The notes under the pieces: model-generated
Seen by the model: only the letters and a program-made list of their open reading frames with translations
What the model was told of the DNA's origin: nothing
Databases searched by the model: none
Source: Selaginella moellendorffii
Lineage: Eukaryota > Plantae > Lycopodiophyta
Direction: 5' to 3'
Length of the DNA: 64,000 nucleotides
Assembly: GCF_000143415.4 (NCBI RefSeq)
Contig: NW_003314458.1
Coordinates: 1 to 64,000, forward strand
Part shown: in pieces, positions 11,254-25,305 of the stretch
Layout of the letters: each line of letters opens with the position of its first letter
Numbering within the stretch: the stretch's first letter is position 1
Made by a program: the position numbers and the translations under genes

Positions 11254-13260
11254 AAAGGGAAGTTGAGGAAGGCTCCTGTGTTGGCATTATCAAACTTTGG
11301 TAAGGACTTTGAGGTAGAAACGGATGCTTCAGACTTTGCGTTAGGCGCGGTTTTGAAGCAAGACAACTATCCAGTAGCGTTCTTCTCGAAGAAGTTGGAC
11401 AAGGCTCAATGGAAGTGGCCTGTCCACGAGAAGGAATTGTTTGCGGTGGTTAATGCACTCAAGGAGTGGCGACACTACTTTGGGAGACACTTCAAGGTTT
11501 ACATGGACAATGTGGCAACGAAACATTTCTTGTCACAGCCTGACCTGAGAGGGAAACAAGGTCGGTGGGCCAATGCTTTGGCCAAATTTGATTGCGAGAT
11601 TTTGTACAAGCCTGGGAAGAGCAACATCATGGCAGATGCGCTAAGTCGAAAATCAAGCTTGAAGTTGGCGATAGTCAGCATGACAGCAACCTTTTGGGAT
11701 GATGTGCAAACAGCATATGAGAACAATGTTCTAGCATAAGAAGTGTTGTTGAGGAATCTGGAGGCACGGGAAGCTCACCAAAGAGGTGAGCTGCCAAAGA
11801 AAGAGAAAATGGGCTATGTGGAACGCAATGGACTCATCTATTACAAGCAAACGAGGGTGTATGTTCCAGAAGGGGAACTAAGGAATGTAGCCTTAGAAGA
11901 GTGTCATGACGGACCTCTTGTGGGACACGGCAGAGTGCCCAAGACAATGGGCTTACTCAAGAGGAAGTACCACTGGCCAAATATGGCTAAGGACGTCCAA
12001 GACTATATAAAGACATGCCCAACATGTCAGCAGGTCAAAACCGTGACTAAGGCTAGTGGGGGCTTGTTACAAAGCATCCCAATTCCAGATCGTCCGTGGA
12101 AATGTCTTATGATGAACTTCATCACGGGACTCCCCTCAAGCGAGGGGTTCGATGCGATATTTGTGGTGGTGGACTAATTTTCGAAGATGGCACATTTCAT
12201 ACCCACCACAACGGAAGTGGATGCGAAAGGTGTGGCAAAGTTGTTCTTCGAACAAGTGGTTCGAGTGCAGGGAAGGCCAGAAGAGATTATCTCAGATCGA
12301 GATAAGATTTTCACCAATAGGTTCTAGAGAACTCTCTTGGAGCAGTATCACACCAAGTTGAAATTTAGCACAGCCTATCACCCACAAACAGGTATTGGGT
12401 ATTACGTCAAGTTTGATGGCACTAACACTTCTTGACAGACGGAGAAACAGAAAGGGTGAATAGGCAGCTGGAGGATTATTTGCAATGCTATGTCTCGGGA
12501 GACTAGACCGATTGGGTAAGTCATTTGAGACTTGCGGAAATGTGTTATAACAACTCACCACATTCGAGTATCGAGGTGAGTCCATGGGAAGTTAACAATG
12601 GGCGAACTATTGAAGGTCCTATGAAACTCGGCGTGGCCGAGTATCATGGAGAGTTACTTGCAGTGGAGGCATTCATGGCAGAAAGACTCAACATTTGGAA
12701 TCTAGTGAGGGATTCCTTGGAACAGGCTCAAAAAAGGCAAACCAAGTACGCAAACCAGAATTGTCGGGATGTAAAGTTCTAAGCTGGGGAGAAGGTGTGG
12801 CTAAACACCAAGAACCTCAGGCTACTAAATAGGATCAGTAGAAAGTTAACCCAAAGGTAAAAATGCATGTATTCCTGTAAGGGAATTAATCTTGAGTTCC
12901 TTAAGCAGGTTCGCGGGGCCTTATGAGATTGAGGCACGAATCGGTAAAGTGGTTTATCGTTTCCGATTTCCTCGAGAGATGGGGAAGATACATCCAATGT
13001 TCCACGTGAACTTACTTAAGCCATACTTTGAGGATCCACTTCGCAAGGACCAAGTAAGACCTTTACCTGAGGTTATCCAAGGGGAAGAGGAATACGAAGT
13101 CGAGGCCATTCTCAATGCGCACAAGAACACAAAGACGCGAGGTGAGAGAGTTCCATGTGAAGTGGAAAGGATTTCCACATTGTGAAGCAACATTGGAACT
13201 AGAGGAGAATTTAGCGAACGCGCGAGATCTAGTGGAGGAATTTCTACAAGGCAGAACTCT
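11254..13260 (+). pseudogene. pol: Ty3/Gypsy chromovirus pol remnant (RNase H, integrase, chromodomain)
   Basis: APVLALSNFGKDFEVETDASDFALGAVL (RNase H), HDGPLVGH...CPTCQ (HHCC), AYHPQT, FAGPYEI (GPY/F), EEEYEVEAILN (chromodomain). Several stops and frameshifts. Confidence 0.9.
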
Positions 13261-13686
13261 ATGTACTTATGCAAAGTTTAATTAAAGTATCAATTTGTGA
13301 AGTTGAGCAATGACATATGTTGGGACCCAAAGGCATGTTGAAGGTAAGCTAATTAGCATAGGTTAGCTACGTCGACCAGACATAGAGAACTACGCTCAAC
13401 TCCCCATGGGGATGTCGAATCCGTAGACATATTCTACGGAGGTTGGGTTCGAGTCCCAACCCCCTAGTAAAGCAAGGCTGGGTTCAAGTCCCAACCCCAT
13501 ACTAGGGCATAGTGGGGTGAGGGGTATAGGGACACCTATATTCTGTTGTCATGGGCTCTTGGCCGGGGAGGCTAACTTAAGCACACCGCTAAGTGGGGGG
13601 ATGCTCCCATAGACATGGTCAACAAGTTGTAGGATAAAAAGAGATGTTCGATGAGGGCATCGAACTTCTTTTATGGGTGGTGGAGT

Positions 13687-14064
13687 TGTAAGGAACCAAC
13701 TTCTCAAGGTGTCGTAGGCTAAAGGATCCCCGACAGCATGACCAAAATAACAAAGAATTCATTGGATAGGACCGAGTCTGAGATCAAGTCCAAGACTGAC
13801 TCTGAGACTGAGTTCGCGATAGAGTCTAGAATTGAGTTCCAGGGCCAGTTTGAGACCGAGTTCGAGACAGAGTCCGAGATCCGAGATTGGATCCGAGACC
13901 AAGTCCGAGGCCCAGTCGGAAGTCGAGTCCGAGATTGAGTCTGAGATCAAGTTCGAGATCGAGTTCGAGACTGAGTCCAAAGTCGGGTCCGAGATCGAGT
14001 CTAAGATCGAGTCCGAGACCGAGTCCGAGTACTAATACAGGTCACCAAAACGTGCATCTCCCAA

Positions 14065-14099
<35 letters not shown>

Positions 14100-14479
14100 G
14101 CTCCAGGGGGTTCCAAAAGTATAGTAGGGATAGTGAGGTCCAGGAACCAGTCTTGAAGGAACTCTCCAGTGGTGCTTCCAAACTGACTTGAGGTTGAGAC
14201 TGGGGCCAAGGGGCCTTTTGTGGGAATGAGCATGGACTTAGGTGGTGCTGGAGGGGCCACCCAAGGAAGTGCTCAAAAGTAGCTCCCAATCCCAAAAAGG
14301 AAATCGACTGCAGTGCTCCCAGCTCATGTGGAGTGGTGCCCCACTTGAGTACCTTATGGCTCATCGGTCCTCGCCCTTCCTAGGGGCTTGGGCCTTCACT
14401 TCGGGATGGAAGTGGGGGGTGGGGGTAGAGGTACTTATACCAGACCGTTAGGCCACTGTGTGTCGCCCCGGCATCCCGA
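13687..14479 (+). mobile_element. 3' LTR of the chromovirus, first part; interrupted at 14480 and resumed at 31669
   Basis: PPT-like TATGGGTGGTGGAGT followed by TGTAAG at 13687, the same junction as in the nested family. Contains GAGTCCGAG-type repeats, a poly-G tract (14064-14097) and CCAAAAGTATAGTAGGG shared with the nested LTRs. Confidence 0.65.
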
Positions 14480-16281
14480 TGTAAGCAACTAATTTTTCCA
14501 TTCTACTTTAATCACTTAACCACACCTCCGACCACTTGGAGGAGTCTCAATCACAACCTCCGTAAGTCCAATTCAGGACTTGGGACTTGCTAGCCCCAAG
14601 AATGGCATCCATGCCACTCAACATTTGCACTTGGTCCAAGTGCTCTATGTGTCTGATCCCACGACCGACACTCAAAGGTACCACTGACATGGCAGCCTGT
14701 CACGCTAAGGCCATGCCCAATCACCTTTGCCACACTGGTAGTCCAATACCACTTGCATCACAGTCTTGGCTCTCCAAGACTAGGTAAACCATCCGTGAGT
14801 GGTCATCTCAGATCCACTCCTTAGCATCCTTAGGATGCCCACTGACAAGGGGAATAGCCTTCCCCAATATCCCTCTGTCAGTCCCCACTAAGTCCCTTTC
14901 TGCCCCTGGCCGTGTTTGCCGACACTGCCACTGGATCGAGGCCCACAGGCCCGACCACTAAGTCCCACGGTCCTCTGGGACTTCCTCACCACACGACTGT
15001 GTCCTTGGTCACTACCCCAAAGGACTGCTCCTCTTCCTTTCCACAGTCTGGGCCTTTGGGACAACATTTCGAAACACCGTGGCCTTACGCGAGCCACCTG
15101 GGTACTCTCCCCGCCTTCTGCCTTTAGGTGCTCTAGCCATGGGCTTAGAGCGAGGTTCCGTTGAGCCACGATAGGTATCCAAGTAGGTAGTGCCACCCAC
15201 ACTTGGACTGGGAGCATCGGCCAGTCGATCTCCCGGGGGAACTAGAGCCGGCTCTTGAACACTTCACCAAGCTACCCCGCTTGTCGGTCCGTGTTCACTT
15301 TAGTCTTGGACTTCCCAGTGGGCAGCTCATCACCCAACACTGGGTCTGGCCTTCCTGGGCCAAACTGGCCTTTCCTGGCCAAACTGGCTCCACTGCAGTC
15401 CTCCCCCTACTATACTTTTGGAGCTCACCAAACCCCCCAGGGTCTGGGAGACGAACGCTTTGGGCTTTCACCCTCTCAGACTCGAACTCGGATTCGGACT
15501 CGGACTCGGACTTGGACTCGGATTCGGACTCGAACTCGGACTCGGACTCGGTCTCGACTTCGGACTCCATCTCGGGTCCATCTCGGACTCCATCTCGGAC
15601 TCCATCTCGGGTCCATCTCGGACTCCATCTTGGGTCCATCTCGGGTCCATCTCGGACTCCATCTCGAACTCCATCTCGGGTCCATCTCAGACTCCATCTT
15701 GGGTCCATCTCGGGTCCATCTCGGACTCCATCTCGGACTCCATCTCGGGTCCATCTCGGGTCCATCTCGGACTCCATCTCAAGTCCATCTTGGGTCCATC
15801 TTGGACTCCATCTCGGACTCCATCTCGGGTCCATCTCGGACTCCATCTCAGGTCCATCTTGGGTCCATCTCGGACTCCATCTCGGGTCCATTTCGGGTCC
15901 ATCTCGGACTCCATCTCGGGTCCGTCTCGGACTCAATCTCGGATCCATCTCGGGTCCACCTCGGACTCCACCTCAGACTCCATCTCGGGGTCCTTCTCGG
16001 ACTCCACTTCGGACTCCACTTCGGACTCCAACTCGGGTCCATCTCGGACACTTCCACGTGTCATGTGTTAGTCCTTTTTGGGTCCCTTTTTGGAGCCTCG
16101 CTTATGGCTCGCTTCGTGCTCATTCCTCAAGCACTTTGTTAGGGGTTCCACTCCCGCTCTCGACCTTTCAAGGTGGAGCTTTCAGTCCAAACGTGTTACG
16201 CTCGTTTGGCTTTCACTTCGGCCACTACCACGTGGCGCCCTTCCAGCCCCACTTTGGGGCCTAGGGATTTTGTGTCTCACA
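14480..16281 (-). repeat. LTR a (3' LTR of the outer element)
   Basis: TGTAAG...TCTCACA followed by the PPT; internal 11/12-bp GGACTCCATCTC / GGGTCCATCTC array. Confidence 0.9.
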
Positions 16282-18871
16282 ACTCCACCACCCATAGACG
16301 AAGTTCGATGTCCTCATCGAACGGTAAACCCTTTCATAAAGTAACACCCGCATGTGTTACCATTTCCATCCTTGGCACCCAGCCAATATCTGTCTATGGT
16401 TTGACACCAAAGGCTCACCATACCTTGTCCATCCTCTAAGGAGCATAACCTCTCCAACTTAGAGGCTCATTTAACCACTTGTGGTGGTTCTCTCCTTTTA
16501 TTGGTTTAGTTCTCACTAAACCTGTTAGAGACACCTTCTCTAACTCGACCCCACTACTTGTTCTCAAGTGGTTTCACTTTTCAGCGCTATAACCCTTGCA
16601 CTTTGGAACTTTTAATTCTGACTTCTCGAAGTCAATTTCCTAGGTGTCTCCGACACCTTGCATTGCACATATTGTGCAACTCCACTTCCTCATCCTAGGA
16701 AGTTCTCCACTTGAGGGCACAATCATCCTTTGTTTGATTTCATGCCACCTTTGGGCACTGAGTTCCAGTTATCATATTGTGTGCTAGGGCTGTCCATGGC
16801 CCTATCTTTTGGCTACTTTGCCGCTCCCTCACCGTGAGCTTTTACTTCGCCAAATTGGAGCACTTAGGAATCCATCCTTGGAAGTCCACTTCCTTTCCCA
16901 CAAGCCGTTAGCATCAAACACATTAATGTTCCTTGGCTAACTTTGCCATTTGGATCCCTTCCATTAAATTCCATGGCCCAAACTTGGCCACTAGTCCCTT
17001 ACTCCTATCCTTGATTGTTGCACCCAGCAATATAGGATCGCTACCTCCATTTTTGAGGTATCCTTTTGGTTCCATAGCAAAGACTCTTCTTTGCCAAGTC
17101 CGGAGGATGTTCACCCCTAGTACGTCTCTTTAGCATCTTCTGCTATGGGCTCTATCCACAGCCCAACTTCGTGACCCTCCCATGGGTCTCTTATAGAGAC
17201 TACTTTCCTTGGACTCACTATGCCATTGCACGGACATAGTTTATTTCCCTTAGGTGCTCTTCCCACTTGGTCGTCAGGACCAAGCCACACCACCTTAAAC
17301 AGTTCAATTTCAACATTTTGAACTAGGAACTTCATTCCTTAGCCAACCAAGGACCTTGTCCTTATGTGGCCATACGATCACCTAGTGATCTCACCTTGGC
17401 ACCTTAACAGAGTTGCCAAGAGGTACTTGGTCTTCTAGACCTTCAAATTGTTGACTATAACCCCGGGGGCATCCCCCACACTTGGCGGTGCACCCAAGCC
17501 AGCCCTTACGGCCAAGGGTTCATAGCTACTGAGATTAGGTGTCCCCATCTCACTCACCACGTCCTTGGTGCCACTTGCACCAAAGCGTTCAAGTTAGATA
17601 TGCCAAGCTTTCACACTAAGCAATCTAACCGTGCATCATGACTCCGAGGCATCCCTCGCTTGGCAGTGTGCCCAAACCAGTCTCCACACTGAGAGTCCAT
17701 GACCACCGAAATATGAGTGTCCTCATATTCCAAACCATCACCACGCCCTAGTGATTTGGGACTTAAACCCAAGCACTAGAGGGTTGGGACTCGAACTCAA
17801 CCTCCGTATATGCATCTATGGACGGCATCACCCAGGATGCCTGGCGTGACTGCTCACGCCGGTGCACCAACTTATACTCAAAGCACGCTATAGATCACAG
17901 CTTAGGAACCTAGTTCCTCCCCACTGCCAAGTCCTCTCACTTGACAAGCCTGTGATCATGCATGGACTCCTCCATGCTTGGCCCCATGGCCCACCCTTTT
18001 TGAAGTTATCACCTTCAACTAAGGTATTTGTTCCCCTGACTTGCCAATCTCACTTTGGCAAGTCCTCCGACCACTGTAACATGGTTTTTGCACAAGCGTG
18101 AAAGCCCTTGATCATTGACTTTCGTTCAAAGCCCTCTATTTGAACACTCGGGAACTACTTCCCTAACCTTGATAGCCTTGCCTCATGGCAAGCTTCAAGA
18201 CCACGCTTTTGCTATGCTACTCTGATTTCACGCGTTCCTTGAACCATTTATGCTTGGCCTTTCTAGGTACTAAGCTACCTAGAATCCTCTTTGAGAACCT
18301 TGAATGAACTCTGTCCCTTAGCTTGCTAAGGCCTCCCTTTTTGCAAGCTTTCCAATTACCATATAGTCTAACATGAACAATTCCATATTTTAGACTCTCC
18401 ATGGCATCACGGTTGCTAGCAGCAATGCCCTCGAGCCCCCACTTGATTCTCCACTCCCAGCTGGCATGACCAACCTTGGTTATGCCCTTCGATTCTTATG
18501 GTTCGGTTCTATCCCCTTACTTCTTGCTTTTGGCTTCACACCTTCCCTTTGGTCATTCTCCTCCAGACCAGGAGGATAGCTTTGCACTTTCTATCATGCC
18601 TTAGCAAGTATTCTTAGGGATGAACCTACCCGATAGCCTAGGGAGTGGTTCCTCAATCCAGGTATGCTCACCCTATAATCCCACACACTGGGATTACGTT
18701 GTTGCTTACGGGCCTTTGCATGCCCCTTGCTAGCCTTGCGAAAATTCCATTTTTGGCTTTGTCCAATTCGAGTAGATAGTCTTCTCCTGTCTCCGCCACC
18801 TTGGACATTTGGATAGCACCTACTATCCATCATTTGCTAGGGACTTAGTCCCTTGGGCCTTATCTACTGCC

Positions 18872-21800
18872 TGTAAGAGACTAAATTTTCCATTCTACTT
18901 TAGTCACTTAACCACACCTCCGACCACTTGGAGGAGTCTCATTCACAACCTCCATCAGTCCAATCCAGGACTTGGGACTTGCTAGACTCGAGAATGGCAT
19001 CCATGCCACTCAACATTTGCACTTGGTCCAAGTGCTCCACGTGTCCGATCCCATGACCGACACTCAAAGGTACCACCGACATGGCAGCCCGTTACGCTAA
19101 GGCCATGCCCAATCATCTTTGCCACACTGGTAGTCCAATACCACTTGCATCACAGTCTTGGCTCTCCAAGACTAGGCAAACCATCCGTGAGTGGTCATCT
19201 CAGATCCACTCCTTAGCATCCTTAGGATGCCCATCGACAAGGGGAATAGCCTTCCCCAATATCCCTCTGTCAGTCCCCACTAAGTCCCTTTCTGCCCTTG
19301 GCCGTGTTTGCCAACACTGCCACTGGATCGAGGCCCACAGGCCCGACCACTAAGTCCCATGGTCCTCTGGGACTTCCTCACCACACGACTGCGTCCTTGG
19401 TCACTTCTCTAGAGGACTGCTCCTCTACCTTTCCACAGTCTGGGCCTTTGGGACAACATTTCGGAACACCGTGGCCTCACGCGAGCCACCTGGGTACTCT
19501 CCCCACCTATCGCCTTTAGGTGCTCTAGCCATGGGCTTAGAGCGAGGTTCCGTTGAGCCACGCCTGGTATCCAAGTAGGTAGTGCCACCCACACTTGGAC
19601 TGGGAGCATCGGCCAGTCGATCTCCCGGGGGAACTAGAGCCAGCTCTTGAACACTTCACCAAGCTACCCCGCTTGTCGGTCTGTGTTCACTCTAGTCTTG
19701 GACTTCCCAGTGGGCAGCTCATCACCCAACACTGGGCCCGGCCTTCCTGGGCCAAACTGGCCTTTCCTGGCCAAACTGGCTCCACTGCAGTCCTCCCCCT
19801 ACTATACTTTTGGAGCTCACCAAACCCCCTAGGGTCTGGGAGACGAACGCTTTGGGCTTTCACCCTCTCAGGCTCCGGACTCGGACTCGGACTCGGATTC
19901 GGACTCGGACTCGGGCTCGGGCTCGGTCTCGGCCTCGGCCTCGGTCTCGGTCTCGGTCCCGATCTCGGTCTCGGTCTCGGTCTCGGTCCCGGTCCCGGTC
20001 TCGGTCTCGACTTCGGACTCCATCTCGGACTCCATCTCGGACTCCATCTCGGACTCCATCTCGGGTCCATCTCGGGTCCATCTCGGACTCCATCTCGGAC
20101 TCCATCTCGGGTCCATCTCGGACTCCATCTCGGACTCCATTTCGGGTCCATCTCGGGTCCACCTCGGACTCCATCTCGGACTCCATCTCGGGTCCATCTC
20201 GGACTCCACTTCAGACTCCAACTCGGGTCCATCTCGGACTCCATCTCGGACTCCACTTGGGACTCCACTTCGGACTCCAACTCGGGTCCATCTCGGACTC
20301 CAATTCGGACTCCAACTCGGGTCCATCTCGGACTCCACTTCGGACTCCAACTCGAGTCCATCTCGGACACTCCCACGTGTCATGTGTTGGTCCTTTTGGG
20401 TCCCTTTTTGAAGCCTCGCCTTTTGCTCGCTTCGTGCTCGTTCCTCGAGCACTTCGTTGGGAGTTCCACTCCCGCTCTTGACTTTTCAAGTCGGAGCTTT
20501 TGGTCCAAACGTGATATGCTCGTTTGGCTCTCGCTTCGGCCACTACCATGTGGCGCCCTTCCGGCTCCACTTTGGGGCCTAGGGATTTTGTGTCTCACAA
20601 CTCCACCACCCATAGACGAAGTTCGATGTCCTCATCGAACGGTGAACCATTTTATAAAGTAACACCCGCATGTGTTACCATTTCCATCCTTGGTGCGTAG
20701 CCAATATTTGTCAATGGTGTGACATTGAAGGCTCACCATGCCTTCTCCATATTCGTCAACGGTTGGACATTGAAGGCTCACCATGCCTTTTGCATATCCT
20801 CCAAGGAGGGTAGTCTCTCCAACTTAGAGGCTGATTGGACCACATATGGTGGTTCTCTCCTTTTATTGGTTTAGTTCTCGCTAAACCTCTTAGAGACCCT
20901 TCTCTAAGTCAATCCCACTACTCCTTCTCGAGTAGTCTCAATTTCCATCGATATAACCTTTGCATTTTGGAACTTTAAATTTTGACTTGTTGGAGTCAAT
21001 TTCCTAGGTGTCTCCGACACCTTGCCTTGCACCTTTTGTGCAACTCCACTTCCCATCCTAGGAAGTTCTCTACTCGAGGGCACCATCATCCTCTTTTCTA
21101 TTTCGTGCCAAAGTTCCAATTATCATACTTTGTGCTAGGGCTGTTTATGGCCCTATCATTTGGCTACCTTACCGCTCCCTCCCTTGGAGCTTCCACTTTC
21201 GCCAAATCGGAGCATTTCGGAATCCCTCCTTGGAAACACACTTCCTTTCCCACAACTTGTTAGCATCCAACACATTAGTGTTCCTCGCCTAACTTTGTCA
21301 CTTGGATTCCTTCCAAGGGATTCCATGGCCCTATCTTGGCCACTCATCTTTTGCTCCTATCCGTTGATTGTTGCACCAAGCAACATTGAATCTCTACCTC
21401 CCTCCTTGAGGTATTGTTTCGGTTCCATAGCAAAGACTCTTCTTTGCCAAGTCCGGAGGATGTTCACCCCTAGTACGTCTCTTTAGCATCTTCTGCTATG
21501 GGCTCTATCCACGGCCCAACTTCGTGACCCTCCCATGGGTCTTTTATAGAGACTACTTTCCTCGGACTCACTATGCCATCGCACGGACATAGTTTATTTC
21601 CCTTAGGTGCTCTTCCCACTTGGTCATCACGACCAAGCCACACCATCTTAAACAGTTCAATTTCAACATTTTGAACCAGGAACTTCATTCCTTAGCCAAC
21701 CAAGGACCTTGTCCTTATCTGGCCATAAGATCACCTAGTGATCTCACCTTGGCACCTTAACAGAGTTGCCAAGAGATACTTGGTCTTCTAGACCTCCAAG

Positions 21801-24800
21801 TTGTTGACTATAACCCCGGGGGCATCCCCCACACTTGGCGGTGCACCCAAGCTAGCCCTTACGGCCAAGGGTTCATAGCTACTGAGATTAGGTGTCCCCA
21901 TCTCACTCACCACGACCTTGGTGCCACTTGCACCAAAGTGTTCAAGTTAGATATGCTGAGCTTTCACACTAAGCAATCTAACCGTGCATCACGACTCCGA
22001 GGCATCCCTCGCTTGGCGGTGTGCCCAAACCAGTCTCCCCACTGAGAGTCCATGACCACCGAAATATGAGTGTCCTCATATTCCAAACCATCACCACGCC
22101 CTAGTGATTTGGGACTCGAACCCAAGCACTAGAGGGTCGGGACTCGAACCCAACCTCCGTATATGCATCTACGAACGGCATCACACAAGATGCTTGGCGT
22201 GACTCCCCACGCCGGTGCACCAACTCATTTTTAAAGCGCGCTACAGATCACAGCTTAGGAACCTAGTTCCTCCACATTGCCAAGTCCTCTCACTTGACAT
22301 GTCTGTGATCATGCATGGACTCCTCCATGCTCGGCCCCATGGCCCACCCTTTTCGAAGTTATCACCTTCAACTAGGGTCTTTGTTCCCCCGACGTGCCAA
22401 TCTCACTTGGCAAGTCCTCCGACCATTGTAACATAGTTCCTGCATAAGCGTGAAAGTCCTTGACCATCGACTTTCGTTCAAAGCCCTCTCTTTGAACACT
22501 CGGGAACTACTTCCCTAACCTTGATAACCTTGCCTCATGGCAAGCTTCAAGACCACGCTTCTGCTGCGCCACTCTGATTTCGCGCGTTTCATGAACCATT
22601 TACACTTGGCCTTTCTAGGTACTAAGCTACCTAGAATCGTCTTTGGGAACCTTGAAGGAACTCTGTCCCTTAGCTTGCTAAGGCCTCCCTTTTGCAAGCC
22701 TTCCAAATGCCACATAGTCTAACATGGACAATTCCATAACTTAGACTCTCCATGGCATCACGGTTGCTAGCGGCAACACCCTCGACCCCCCACTTGATTC
22801 TCCACTCCCAGCTGGCATAACCAACCTTGGTTATGCCCTTCGATTTCTATGGTTCAGTTCCATCCCAATACTACTTGCCTTTGGCTTCACACCTTTCCTT
22901 CGGTCATTCTCCTCCAGATCAGGAGGATAGCTTTGCACTTTCTATCATGCCTTAGCAAGTATTCTTAGGGATGAACCTACCCAATAGCCCAGGGAGTGGT
23001 TCCTCAATCCGGGTATGCTCACCTTATAATCCCACACACTGGGATTACATTGTTGCTTATGGGCCTTTACATGCCCATCACTAGCCTTGCCAAAATTCCA
23101 TTTTTGGCTTTGTCCAACTTGGGTAGACAGTCCTCTCCTGTCTCCGCAACCTTGGACATTTGGATAGCACCTTCTATCCATCATTTGCTAGGGACTTAGT
23201 CCCTTGGGCTTTATCCATTGCCCTTGCGACATCAAGCACCACCTTCTGGTGTTCTAGAGTGTTCGGGTGTCCCAATGATGGCTTTCTTGACAATGAGTAT
23301 TTCCTTTTATGACATTGACTTACTATATCGCAACATAAGCAACTTATCCCCCGCAAGGGTATATCCGACTTCCCTATGCTAGAAGTCTTGGGTAGCTACC
23401 TTCTACCCGTTTAAACAGTTATTTTGCACCTCTTGCTTAGTTGCCTTATAGTTGTCAAGTCTTACAACTCATTGCTTGGTGCTTTCACACCTCCATCATT
23501 ATTTGGGTCACCGCACTCCAACTGCATGCTCTGCAGCTTAGGCTATGCCATTCCCATTTCCATTGGGATTCCTTTGGCAAGGGGTTCTCATGAACCCACC
23601 AACATAGCCTCAAGGTATCACACCTTGGCACATTTGGTGTCTCCACACCATCGGCTCCACGAGCCTACCTCTATGACACTTCTTCTTTGTGTCTAAGTCT
23701 TTGCCAAGACCAATGCCACTCTTTCTCATGCCAACCATCCGTTAGCACTACACCATAGAGGTCACACACAACTTTGTGTCAAAGTTGTTTTCTTTTTGGG
23801 AACACCTTTCCCACGACTTTAGCATGGCACATTTTGCCATCGATGAGATACCCTCTGTTCTCACCCTTGGATCCTATGATCCCCCCCCCATCCTTTGTGG
23901 GGTACAACACACCTCAGTCCACATGCTTCCATCAGTCCTTTTAGGACTATCCCTTGACTCTACTTGAGTCATCAGCAGTTTTGGACTTGGTTAATCCACA
24001 GACCCTTAAGGTCCTACTTGTGAGGCACTAGCTCACTGGAATACACTTCTTGCATTCCTGTCCTACTCAAAAGGACTATTTTCACAAGTGTTACTCCGAC
24101 ACTTGATTTTGTTCTCTGGGGGCAACTTTTGCCCCTTAGGACCACTTCTCCATATGATGAGAATACCACTCATCCACTTAATACACCCCCAACTCCTTGG
24201 GTTGTTCCAGCATTTATTAGAGGTAGCCCCGGCTACCTTTTCAAGGACTTGAGTCCTCTTCCGTATTTGACCTCCCACGGTCATTACTTCTGGTCTCACA
24301 TTCATGAGCACCAACCTCAACTATATGAGGAAAATCTTGTGACTCCTTTATTGCTTTGGAGTCTTTATCTTTCCCGTGATCCCAACTGTAGTTGTTTACC
24401 ACAACTACATTAGCCAGTTTGCTAAGTCAAACGTTCATCTGGATCACATCCTCAACTCTTTGAGGAAAACCATATACTGTTCCCAAGATCCCAAAGTCGT
24501 TCCATTATTGGCCCTTTTCTATCCACCACTTTGTCTACAAGTTCCCACATATACTGTTCCGCTTTGGGCTTTCACCCTCTCAGGCTCCGGACTCGGACTC
24601 GGACTCGGATTCGGACTCGGACTCGGGCTCGGCCTCGGTCTCGGCCTCGGCCTCGGTCTCGGTCTCGGTCCCGATCTCGGTCTCGGTCTCGGTCTCGGTC
24701 CCGGTCCCGGTCCCGGTCTCGGTCTCGACTTCGGACTCCATCTCGGACTCCATCTCGGACTCCATCTCGGGTCCATCTCGGGTTCATCTCGGACTCCATC

Positions 24801-25305
24801 TCGGACTCCATCTCGGGTCCATCTCGGACTCCATCTCGGACTCCATTTCGGGTCCATCTCGGGTCCACCTCGGACTCCATCTCGGACTCCATCTCGGGTC
24901 CATCTCGGACTCCACTTCAGACTCCAACTCGGGTCCATCTCGGACTCCATCTCGGACTCCACTTCGGACTCCACTTCGGACTCCAACTCGGGTCCATCTC
25001 GGACTCCAATTCGGACTCCAACTCGGGTCCATCTCGGACTCCACTTCGGACTCCAACTCGAGTCTATCTCGGACACTCCCACGTGTCATGTGTTGGTCCT
25101 TTTGGGTCCCTTTTTGAAGCCTCGCCTTTTGCTCGCTTCATGCTCGTTCCTCGAGCACTTCGTTGGGAGTTCCACTCCCGCTCTTGACTTTTCAAGTCGG
25201 AGCTTTTGGTCCAAACGTGATATGCTCGTTTGGCTCTCGCTTCGGCCACTACCATGTGGCGCCCTTCCGGCTCCACTTTGGGGCCTAGGGATTTTGTGTC
25301 TCACA
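18872..25305 (-). mobile_element. Inner element of the same family inserted into the outer element
   Basis: TSD CTGCC (18867-18871 and 25306-25310). LTR b is 18872-20599 and truncated LTR c is ~24560-25305. The uninterrupted target sequence is visible in its own internal region at ~23211-23235. Confidence 0.9.
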
